52,946 nt of DNA from a virus (lineage: Duplodnaviria; Caudoviricetes), in IMG/VR virus record IMGVR_UViG_3300037991_003035, positions 1 through 52,946 of that record; one strand, given 5' to 3'. The notes under the pieces are model-generated. The model made no database searches and was not told the DNA's origin. It saw only the letters and a program-made list of their open reading frames with translations. Positions 9,377 to 16,850 of this stretch are shown here, one piece after another (position 1 is the stretch's first letter; each line of letters opens with the position of its first letter). Position numbers and translations under genes: made by a program.

Positions 9377-10264
9377 TTAATTCTCCCAACAGTTTATTTT
9401 ATCTTTAGTAAATTCCATTGTTATCCACCCAGTTCGTTGTATTCCATAAAAAGAATATCTTGCATAATCTGCGTAGCGTAAAAATGAACCTCCTCTAATA
9501 TACCACTTTCTTTTTAAAGTTTCCAGACCTTCTTCATCAATTGTTAAAGAATCTATAGGTTTGCAATATAGTTGGTGATTATGTCCTAAGAAAAATACAT
9601 CGCCATCACTATACACTGATGCCATTTTATCTAATTCAGTATCACCATTTTTAGCACCACTTTTACCATGTCCACTAACCATATACCAGTCTTTACCTTG
9701 TACGCTAATACGTGCATACCCAGGTAGTCTATAGTAAGGAACACCCATTTCACTTGCTAATGTTTTGCAAATATCAAAGTCTAATATATTAAAACTTCGT
9801 AAATAGTCATGATTACCACCACGTATAAACAAACATTTATCAGCAATTGGTTGTACTAATTTTAAAAATGCTAAGTATTGTTGTTCAGGTGTCATGGATT
9901 GTCCACGTTGATTAATGTTATAATTAGGCGGTATAAGTTCTATCATATCACCATTACCAAACCATCGTGCATTTGGGTCTTCGTAAATAATTTTTATAGC
10001 TTCTTGGAACTTTTTTAAATCAAATTCGTTAGCACCTACGTGTACATCCGTTAATCCGTGCACTCTAAGTTTTTCATCGCTATCAACAGCAAATACTTTA
10101 CCTGGTTCTATTTCTAATTTGTCATATTCTTTTACATCGCTAGGTATAGGTATAGAAAACCATTTACCACACGACTTACAACTAAATTGTTGTTTTACAG
10201 TATCTTTATTTCGCTTCTTGCCCTCTTTTTTAGTGAGCATACTACTACAATGTGGACAAATCAT
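9377..10264 (-). CDS. Zn-ribbon plus calcineurin-like metallophosphoesterase
   Basis: CPHC...CKSC N-terminus; DVH, GDMIE, GNHD, GH and GHNH motifs. Confidence 0.85.
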   Translation of the reverse strand: MICPHCSSMLTKKEGKKRNKDTVKQQFSCKSCGKWFSIPIPSDVKEYDKLEIEPGKVFAVDSDEKLRVHGLTDVHVGANEFDLKKFQEAIKIIYEDPNARWFGNGDMIELIPPNYNINQRGQSMTPEQQYLAFLKLVQPIADKCLFIRGGNHDYLRSFNILDFDICKTLASEMGVPYYRLPGYARISVQGKDWYMVSGHGKSGAKNGDTELDKMASVYSDGDVFFLGHNHQLYCKPIDSLTIDEEGLETLKRKWYIRGGSFLRYADYARYSFYGIQRTGWITMEFTKDKINCWEN

Positions 10265-11040
10265 TAGTCCTCCTGTGTTGTTTCTGGTAATATTTTGCGT
10301 TGAGCACTTTCTATTTCATCGGGACTAAACCCTTGAAACAATCCTACTACGCCCGTTTCTACTTTTTTAACTTGATTACCTAACGTACCTATAGCTTTAC
10401 CTAATTCTTTAATAGATTGTAATGCTATATTTTGGTCTTCGCTAGTATCAGCTAATTGTTTTAACGAACCTAATATGTATGCGTGGTCAATGCCTAGTTC
10501 TTTAGCTACTTCTTTAGAAGTTTTTTCTATTTCACTCATTACTCGCTCCTGTTTTAGTAATATTACTGCTTTTTTACGTGCAGTATTACGATTTTTTTCA
10601 GTAAACGCTTTCATATAAGCACTTACAGCATCCTTTCCTACTGCGACGCTAGTCGCAAAAATTTTTTCTTTATTCGTACACTTCGTGCGTTGTTTAACTC
10701 TTTTGTTTGTATTCTTAATTTTTTGTGAAAATGTGTATCTGTTAGGGTGTTTGGCAAAATCGGTATCCATGTGTGTCTTTGGACTACTAATAAATGTACC
10801 AACAATAGTTCTGACATAACCATTATTACTAGAATAGTTTTTGCTATCCTTCGGATGGTGCAGATTTTTAGAAACTTTTAATAATTGTATTATGCGCCCA
10901 TCATCGCTAAGTACCCAATCGCCCTCTCGCCCTTTTCTCCAATCTTTAACAAGAGGGGTCACTGGATATTTTTCTCTAAATTCTTCTCTAGTATCGTATA
11001 TATAATGACGAACACCTTTGATTACTTTACTTTGAGGCAT
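10264..11040 (-). CDS. Putative terminase small subunit
   Basis: C-terminal KEKIFA...DAVSAYMKAF...ARKKAVILLKQERV resembles the TerS helix-turn-helix; upstream of TerL. Confidence 0.55.
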   Translation of the reverse strand: MPQSKVIKGVRHYIYDTREEFREKYPVTPLVKDWRKGREGDWVLSDDGRIIQLLKVSKNLHHPKDSKNYSSNNGYVRTIVGTFISSPKTHMDTDFAKHPNRYTFSQKIKNTNKRVKQRTKCTNKEKIFATSVAVGKDAVSAYMKAFTEKNRNTARKKAVILLKQERVMSEIEKTSKEVAKELGIDHAYILGSLKQLADTSEDQNIALQSIKELGKAIGTLGNQVKKVETGVVGLFQGFSPDEIESAQRKILPETTQED

Positions 11041-11305
11041 TCTTTTTTTCTAGTTGTTTATGTAATGATTCAATGAGATGTAAGACTTGTTTATGTATAA
11101 AATATTTTTTTCCATTGATTTCTATAGGTACACTACTAGTTCCCTCGGCGGCATCCATGTCGTCAATTTCACTTAGCACGTATTCTTCCTCTTCTATTTC
11201 TGATGATAATATTTTTTCCAGCTTAACTAGTTTTTGTATATGCTCAAGTATTTTAACTTGCTCTTTATACGGCAACTTGCCTAGCCATTTTATTGCTATG
11301 CCCAT
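11027..11305 (-). CDS. Hypothetical protein (probable ATG start at 11305)
   Basis: AAGGA RBS before the ATG; co-oriented with the packaging operon. Confidence 0.6.
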   Translation of the reverse strand: MGIAIKWLGKLPYKEQVKILEHIQKLVKLEKILSSEIEEEEYVLSEIDDMDAAEGTSSVPIEINGKKYFIHKQVLHLIESLHKQLEKKNASK

Positions 11306-11314
11306 TGTTTTTCC

Positions 11315-11343
11315 TTGACAAACCAATCAAAAAGAATTATTTT
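11315..11343 (+). promoter_or_regulatory. Sigma70-like promoter, antisense to 11392-11574
   Basis: TTGACA (11315-11320), 17-nt spacer, TATTTT (11338-11343). Confidence 0.5.
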
Positions 11344-11391
11344 TAGATACCCTAGTAGCTACTAAGCAGATAACTTAGTATATAACTAGTT

Positions 11392-11574
11392 CTATTTCTT
11401 TTTCTTTGGTTCTTTCTTTTTCTTTAACTCTTTCGCAGCTTTCTCTTTTTCAGCTAAAATATCTAAGACAGCTTCTTCAAGCATCTCTTGTTCTCTTTCT
11501 TCAGCTAACTGAGCTTCTCGTCTAGCTACGCCAGTTAAACCAGTCTTTTCTAAGTCTTTAGTTGTATATGTCAT
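11392..11574 (-). CDS. Hypothetical protein (60 aa), first gene of the late arm, possibly leaderless
   Basis: No RBS; the ATG lies 5 nt after a putative -10 box. Confidence 0.6.
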   Translation of the reverse strand: MTYTTKDLEKTGLTGVARREAQLAEEREQEMLEEAVLDILAEKEKAAKELKKKKEPKKKK

Positions 11575-11579
11575 AATAT

Positions 11580-11622
11580 AACTTATGTATAACCCATGTT
11601 ATTTCCAAGAAAAATTATAGCA
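11580..11622 (-). promoter_or_regulatory. Tandem sigma70-like promoters for the late arm
   Basis: Extended -10 TGCTATAAT (11622-11614); TTGGAA (11608-11603), 17-nt spacer, TAAGTT (11585-11580). Confidence 0.55.
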
Positions 11623-11731
11623 TTTTGAAATGGACCTATATATACACACACACCCCCGTGCAGTGGGGTTATGATATATAACGATTACGTTAGAATTAGA
11701 TTAATATTAATATAGATTAAAGGAGACGACT

Positions 11732-12061
11732 ATGTCTGAGAAAGTTAATGAGCAGGAGTTCATCACGAAAGAAGAAGCAAAACTTCGTAAAGCAACAGCT
11801 GACGTAGTGGGTGCTATGGCTCTAAAATGTCTTGAGATACCAGAGTACAATGAGTATACTGGTAGAAGAGGCATCAAGAACTATGTACCTAAAACTACTG
11901 CACAGTTGCAACGTGAGCGTGGCGCAGCCTTAGAAGAAAATAAATTGCTAAGACAAAAGCATTTATCTATTCTTAAAGGTGAAGACATGAACCCTAATGA
12001 GCTTAGTGCCGCTGATAACTATGAAGCAGGTGCAGCTGAAAAGGGAAACGATCCTGAGTAA
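11732..12061 (+). CDS. Hypothetical early protein (109 aa)
   Basis: AAGGAG RBS; first plus-strand gene; followed by a terminator. Confidence 0.75.
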   Translation: MSEKVNEQEFITKEEAKLRKATADVVGAMALKCLEIPEYNEYTGRRGIKNYVPKTTAQLQRERGAALEENKLLRQKHLSILKGEDMNPNELSAADNYEAGAAEKGNDPE

Positions 12062-12068
12062 TATAACT

Positions 12069-12095
12069 AGGGTAGTGTAACAGCTACCCTTTTTA
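12069..12095 (+). terminator. Intrinsic terminator
   Basis: AGGGTAG-tgtaacag-CTACCCT followed by T tracts. Confidence 0.8.
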
Positions 12096-12255
12096 TACTT
12101 TTTTTTATGTTTTATGTATACTTATTGATGCGAACAAGACGTTAGATATACATACAAAGACTTACCCCATTATATACACATTATGTTGATAACATGGGGA
12201 TAAACAGAAAAAGAGTAGTATTGCCTTTATAAATGCGTAAAGGAGGTGATGCTAT

Positions 12256-12402
12256 ATGCGATATATTCATATCGTTGGAGAGTTACATAGTGATGACAAA
12301 GGTCGTTATCTACTTATAAATGATACTGGTAAAGCAGTAAAAATTTATGACATGATAGACTTAGTTATGTACATATGTAAGTTCTTTAAAGGGATGCAAT
12401 AA
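12256..12402 (+). CDS. Small early protein (48 aa; not in ORF track)
   Basis: MRYIHIVGELHSDDKGRYLLINDTGKAVKIYDMIDLVMYICKFFKGMQ, preceded by AAAGGAGGTGAT. Confidence 0.7.
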   Translation: MRYIHIVGELHSDDKGRYLLINDTGKAVKIYDMIDLVMYICKFFKGMQ

Positions 12403-12447
12403 TGTGTCCCTTATACCTAAATCTTAAACTATGAAACGGAGTGAACT

Positions 12448-12621
12448 ATGACTAGAAAACTAATAAAAGAAATTGGTAATGTATTAACTAGTGGTTATCT
12501 TAACAATAATAAAGTATTTACTATCTTATCTTTATTAGTGGCGAATGGTAACGCTAATGCGGACATGACTATGGAGGAAATTGATAGAGTCCTTCGTGAG
12601 CATTTTACTATCAAGAACTAG
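12448..12621 (+). CDS. Small early protein (57 aa; not in ORF track)
   Basis: MTRKLIKEIGNVLTSGYLNNNKVFTILSLLVANGNANADMTMEEIDRVLREHFTIKN; GGAG RBS. Confidence 0.65.
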   Translation: MTRKLIKEIGNVLTSGYLNNNKVFTILSLLVANGNANADMTMEEIDRVLREHFTIKN

Positions 12622-12623
12622 AT

Positions 12624-12695
12624 TATGAGGGAGTAGGTAGAGCGACTATGCAATCATTATTTATACCGTTAGTTCACTTCTCCTACTTCCTTATA
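12624..12695 (+). other. Long intergenic stem-loop
   Basis: TATGAGGGAGTAGG (12624-12637) pairs with CCTACTTCCTTATA (12682-12695): 14 bp including 2 G-U. Confidence 0.6.
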
Positions 12696-12699
12696 TTAA

Positions 12700-13514
12700 A
12701 AGATTTGGTCCATTCTACCATAAAAGAATCGGGTGTATATGCTCGTTACATAAAACTCAGAAATGAGTATAAAGTCAGAAATGGCGACATTATCTTCGGA
12801 TAGTGTTTGTGTATAAAATTGGAATATCAATTATGGCGTACAGATTCTCTCCTCGGTGAAAGCCAGGGTTTATCTAGATGTAATTGACTAGCACGATAGG
12901 GGTGTTAGTTGAGTTGGAAACAACAATAAGAAAATCCAAAAGATAATGAGTTAAGTGTCGTTGCGGTACTTGTTATCAGTCAGCATAGGTGAATGTCGTA
13001 GAAATACACAATCATCGTAGCTAAGACTACTTAAAACTCTAGATAACGACTAGAGACGGTAGGAAGTACTTATACTATTCGCTTCTCAAAAGGAAGTGAG
13101 GTATACAATTTTGTGCGGTACTTTCACATGACCCTTACTTTGCTATAATATACAAGCGTATTAGCTTCAAAGATAATATACTAGCATATATAACAAAAGG
13201 AAAAGTCACAAAACGTTTTAAATCAAAAGTGTTCTTGTTGTTGTCTGAAATACGATAGCTTCTAGTTGCTCCCAAAGCGCTAGAAAATTGACAAACAGCC
13301 AAGTTGGTCTAATTAACCATTAGTTGGAGCGGTAGCTTCGGATTGAGCTTAGTAGTCGGTTAACAGATTAAAACGATAAGAGTGATTAGCTATACTAATT
13401 GAACATGACATCGCAGTATGTAGGCAACTATAACTGGATAAAAGACTTAAGGGTAGAAATCCGTACGGGTCTCAAGGAGATGTTGGTAAAGGTGTAATCT
13501 CAACCTTTGCAATA
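12700..13514 (+). ncRNA. Large structured RNA, GOLLD-like (boundaries approximate)
   Basis: About 810 nt with no ORF of 60 aa or more; several GAAA and UUCG tetraloop hairpins; CUUC-UCAAAAG-GAAG hairpin; 3' hairpin AAAGGU-GUAAUCUCA-ACCUUU resembling the GOLLD 3' end as I recall it. Confidence 0.7.
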
Positions 13515-13781
13515 CTTACTCAAAGAATTATTTGATGATATATTAATGTGTTGATTTCCCAAAGTATATTTTATACGTTAATATCTACAACATTTGTTAG
13601 TGATTGTAGTGTTATTCGTATTTAACTGAGCAATGGCAAAAAAGCAGACGGATAGAAACGGCAACAGTTATTATATCTGGATAATGGAAGTGAGGTGATG
13701 AGCCGCATTCTAACCAAAAAATACTAATGTAGGTTGAGCGTTGTAATAGATACAGCGCAATATACCTTTTAAAGAAAGAAG

Positions 13782-14417
13782 GTGAACATGAAAGTAGAAA
13801 AATATGTTTATAAAGCTAAACCAGTTGATAAACAATCAAAAGTATATAAAAAGTTTATGAAAGTGTTTAAAGCTTATAAAAAGTTTGTAGAGGTAAATAA
13901 AAGATTACCTATGCAGAGTAGTCCTAACCATATTAGACCAAAGTCTGAAACAAAACTATATCAGTGGGCTGTTGGTAAGAAGAATAGAGCTTCTAAAAGA
14001 CTATTAGCGGAATGGCAATATGAATTATTATGTACTATTCCTGGATTCACATGGTCTACACAAAGTAATGTTTGGTTTAATATGTTAACAAACTTATCTG
14101 AGTATATGTTAAAGTATAATGAAACACCTACTCAATTAAGACCAGAACGTTTTCCAGAAAGAATACATAGAGGAAAATGGATTTCACCAGTAGATGATAA
14201 ACTACATAGATTATCAGTTTGGTGCATGGTACAAAGAAATGCTTACAGAAGAGGTACATTATTACCAGATAGAATGAATGCATTGATAGATATTGGTTTT
14301 GATTTTGAACCAGGTAATGGTCCAGCACATGAACGTGGTAATATTCCAGGTATGGATAGTATAGAAAACATAAAATATCTTAAGAATAAACAAAAACATT
14401 CTTGGAGGTATGAATGA
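13782..14417 (+). CDS. Stand-alone helicase-associated (HA) repeat protein
   Basis: Two repeats: LYQWAVGKK...LLAEWQYELLCTIPGFTW and WFNMLTNLSEY...LSVWCMVQRNAYRRGTLLPDRMNALIDIGFDF. Confidence 0.75.
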   Translation: MNMKVEKYVYKAKPVDKQSKVYKKFMKVFKAYKKFVEVNKRLPMQSSPNHIRPKSETKLYQWAVGKKNRASKRLLAEWQYELLCTIPGFTWSTQSNVWFNMLTNLSEYMLKYNETPTQLRPERFPERIHRGKWISPVDDKLHRLSVWCMVQRNAYRRGTLLPDRMNALIDIGFDFEPGNGPAHERGNIPGMDSIENIKYLKNKQKHSWRYE

Positions 14418-14551
14418 TGCAACACTATTGGTATGATGCAGACGCTGATATAATGTATATAGCTTGTTTGCAAACACATGAATTGATATTAATCATTGTG
14501 CTTCCTGTATTATGTTGGGAGTTATGTAAATGGTTATGGAGGTTAAAGTGA
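14414..14551 (+). CDS. Small hydrophobic peptide (45 aa; not in ORF track)
   Basis: MMQHYWYDADADIMYIACLQTHELILIIVLPVLCWELCKWLWRLK; GGAGG RBS; ATGA and GTGA overlaps. Confidence 0.6.
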   Translation: MMQHYWYDADADIMYIACLQTHELILIIVLPVLCWELCKWLWRLK

Positions 14552-14718
14552 AAAACACACCTAAACCTTATCAAGAATATTATTCAAGATTTGATACGGA
14601 TAATAGAAGAACTAAAGCAATATTATCAGCATACGCAAAGTATAGACGTGAAACATTACTTGGTCGTATTGCAGATAGATTTGATAAATTAATAGATAAA
14701 CTAAGCAAGAGGAACTAA
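14548..14718 (+). CDS. Hypothetical protein (probable GTG start at 14548)
   Basis: GGAGG upstream of the GTG; in frame with track ORF 14530-14718. Confidence 0.6.
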   Translation: MKNTPKPYQEYYSRFDTDNRRTKAILSAYAKYRRETLLGRIADRFDKLIDKLSKRN

Positions 14719-14720
14719 AC

Positions 14721-15341
14721 ATGGGATTTGATTTATATGGCGAAAAGCCAATACAAAATGAGTTTAAACATCAAAAAAGATGGGATGAACTTTCAGCTAT
14801 GTCTTACGATGAACGTGAATCAAAAGGACTAAGTGATGAGTATTATACTTTAATGAGTAAATACGAAGACATAAATCCAGGCGCATACTTTAGAAATAAT
14901 GTATGGTGGTGGAGACCTTTATGGTCATTTGTTTGTGAACATTGTGAAGACATATTAACTGAAGAAGATATGAACGGTGGTTGTTATAATGATGCACACG
15001 TAATATCTAGAAAAAAAGCTGAAGCAATAGCTACAAGACTTGAAGATGTTATTGAAACTGAAGAAACAAAAATGTGGATTAAAGAACACATGGATACTTT
15101 AGAACAAGCTAAACGTAACAACAAACAGGTTGAAGCTGAACTAGAAGAACTGAAAAAATTAGTTGAGGTAGAAACAGGTAATCCTGATATTTATCCAGCT
15201 ATATATCCAGATAAATTCAAAAAGAAGTATGATGAAGTTTACGCTAAAAGAGATTGGGCTAGTAGTTACCCATTTCACAAAGACAATGTTATTAACTTCA
15301 TTAACTTTGCAAGACAATCAGGAGGATTTTCAATATGTTAA
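14721..15341 (+). CDS. Conserved-looking hypothetical phage protein (206 aa)
   Basis: MGFDLYG...GAYFRNNVWWWRPLW...SGGFSIC; GAGG RBS. Confidence 0.75.
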   Translation: MGFDLYGEKPIQNEFKHQKRWDELSAMSYDERESKGLSDEYYTLMSKYEDINPGAYFRNNVWWWRPLWSFVCEHCEDILTEEDMNGGCYNDAHVISRKKAEAIATRLEDVIETEETKMWIKEHMDTLEQAKRNNKQVEAELEELKKLVEVETGNPDIYPAIYPDKFKKKYDEVYAKRDWASSYPFHKDNVINFINFARQSGGFSIC

Positions 15342-15589
15342 GAGATAAAACTCAAACATTGCGTATTCTCGGACATCTAAAACGACATGGCAACATTACA
15401 TCTATGGAGGCATTTAAAAAGTATAGTGCCACTAGATTAAGTGCAATCATATTTAGATTAAGAGAAGAGGGTTTTGACATTGATACCAGAAAAGAACAAA
15501 AAAATAATAAGTCTTTCGGTAGATACGTGTTAGAAGACACTCAAAATAATCTTCAATTACTATACGAGTATAGAAGATTGGTAAATTAG
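15335..15589 (+). CDS. Winged helix-turn-helix DNA-binding protein
   Basis: TQTLRILGHLKRHGNITSMEAFKKYSATRLSAIIFRLREEGFDI pattern. Confidence 0.75.
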   Translation: MLRDKTQTLRILGHLKRHGNITSMEAFKKYSATRLSAIIFRLREEGFDIDTRKEQKNNKSFGRYVLEDTQNNLQLLYEYRRLVN

Positions 15590-15657
15590 GTCGTAGGTGG
15601 GTGCTATTTGTAACGAATAGTTAAATGGTTCCGTAATAGCCAGCCCTCTATAGCCTG
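15587..15657 (+). ncRNA. Candidate ~70-nt three-way-junction RNA element
   Basis: Outer stem TAGGTCGTAGG-T-GGGT / GCCC-TCTATAGCCTG enclosing hairpins GCTATTTG/CGAATAGT and TGGTT/AGCCA. Confidence 0.4.
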
Positions 15658-15665
15658 AAAAGGTA

Positions 15666-15694
15666 TTGACTATAACCTGATAAATAATTATATT
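15666..15694 (+). promoter_or_regulatory. Sigma70-like promoter
   Basis: TTGACT, 17-nt spacer, TATATT, then GAGGAGG RBS and ATG at 15710. Confidence 0.75.
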
Positions 15695-15709
15695 CTATGA
15701 GGAGGATTC

Positions 15710-16459
15710 ATGATAGACATACCAAAAATATACAACGAATACTTGCAACGTAAAAGTGTGGAAAACCGTAAGAAATATGAGAAATATAAAGGATGGTTTT
15801 CAGCTAGTAGCGCAGGTAGTTGTTATAGAAAACAATTACATAGAAGACAAGACTTAGAGCTTGACCCTATGGATGAAAAGAGTGCTAGACTTTTAAGATT
15901 AGGTACATTAGTACACGCTGATTTTGAAGAAGCACTAAAAGAATTTGACATTGAAGAACGTGTAGATAAACCAGACGAAGTACAGGTATTAACAGAACAT
16001 AGAATAGAAATACCAGAACTTATGGTTGTAGGACACTTAGATGTCGGTGTAGTAAACCTAGAAGGTGAGATGATACATGTATATGATATTAAAACCGCAG
16101 GTGCTTGGAAATGGCGTATGAAGTTTGGAAGAAATCCAGATAAAAATCCAAGTGTAAACTACGAACTACAATTGGCTACATATGCAATAGGATTAGGTAA
16201 TGAAAAAGATATTACTGATTTAAGACTATCTATTATGTGGTATAATAAAGACAATTCAATGATGCGTGAAGAAAAGATTAGTGAATTATATCTTGAAGAA
16301 GCGTTTGATTATTGGACAGATTTAAATGAAACTTCTGATAGTATTGCAGGTAAACCTGAAGAACTAATACCAGGTGAACAGAATGTACCAGTATATAACT
16401 GGGAATGTAAGTATTGTGAGTTTCAAGGTAAGTATTGTCCTGGATTGTATAATATTTAG
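15710..16459 (+). CDS. Cas4-like / PD-(D/E)XK exonuclease with Fe-S cysteines
   Basis: N-terminal Cys, LGTLVH, GHLD...YDIKT, QLATY, C-terminal CKYC...C. Confidence 0.85.
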   Translation: MIDIPKIYNEYLQRKSVENRKKYEKYKGWFSASSAGSCYRKQLHRRQDLELDPMDEKSARLLRLGTLVHADFEEALKEFDIEERVDKPDEVQVLTEHRIEIPELMVVGHLDVGVVNLEGEMIHVYDIKTAGAWKWRMKFGRNPDKNPSVNYELQLATYAIGLGNEKDITDLRLSIMWYNKDNSMMREEKISELYLEEAFDYWTDLNETSDSIAGKPEELIPGEQNVPVYNWECKYCEFQGKYCPGLYNI

Positions 16460-16467
16460 GAGAAACA

Positions 16468-16668
16468 ATGAGCAAAGAAGAAACGCATTGTTGTTTGTGT
16501 GAAGGTGTATTAGACGACCCGTACGGACACAACGCTGAACCAATAATGACAGGTAGATGTTGTAGTTTATGTAATATATCTGCAGTAATACCTATAAGAT
16601 TAAAACTTTTACAGATTAGTTTAGATAAAAATGGAGGAAATAAATCGTGGAAGAAAAAAATAAAGTAA
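16468..16668 (+). CDS. Small Cys-rich hypothetical protein
   Basis: CCLC...GHNAEP...GRCCSLCN; AGGAG RBS. Confidence 0.7.
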   Translation: MSKEETHCCLCEGVLDDPYGHNAEPIMTGRCCSLCNISAVIPIRLKLLQISLDKNGGNKSWKKKIK

Positions 16669-16850
16669 CTAAAGATGAATGGATAGCTTTTCTGGAGGTA
16701 AGACAAGATGGACAATATAATATGTTTAGTCCTCAAGCTAGGGATAGTGCTGGTCTTGATAAAGATAAGTGGAAACAAATCATGAATAATTTTGATGAAC
16801 TATATGAATATTGGGGGGACTTAAATGAGTGCATTTCAAACGTTAAGTAA
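16647..16850 (+). CDS. Hypothetical protein (67 aa)
   Basis: GGAGG RBS, GTG start; VRQDGQYNMF. Confidence 0.7.
   Translation: MEEKNKVTKDEWIAFLEVRQDGQYNMFSPQARDSAGLDKDKWKQIMNNFDELYEYWGDLNECISNVK

Noticed and set aside
10160-10264. IS1-like transposase (CPHC...CKSC ribbon)
   Set aside because: The ribbon is fused to a phosphoesterase; there is no DDE domain or terminal inverted repeats.
13123-13149. Internal promoter TTCACA...TGCTATAAT inside the giant RNA
   Set aside because: The -35 spacing is only 15 nt and the site lies within a probable structured RNA; the extended -10 alone cannot be told from chance.
15710-16459. CRISPR-associated Cas4 implying a Cas system
   Set aside because: No other cas genes or repeats; the annealase/SSB neighbourhood indicates a recombination exonuclease.
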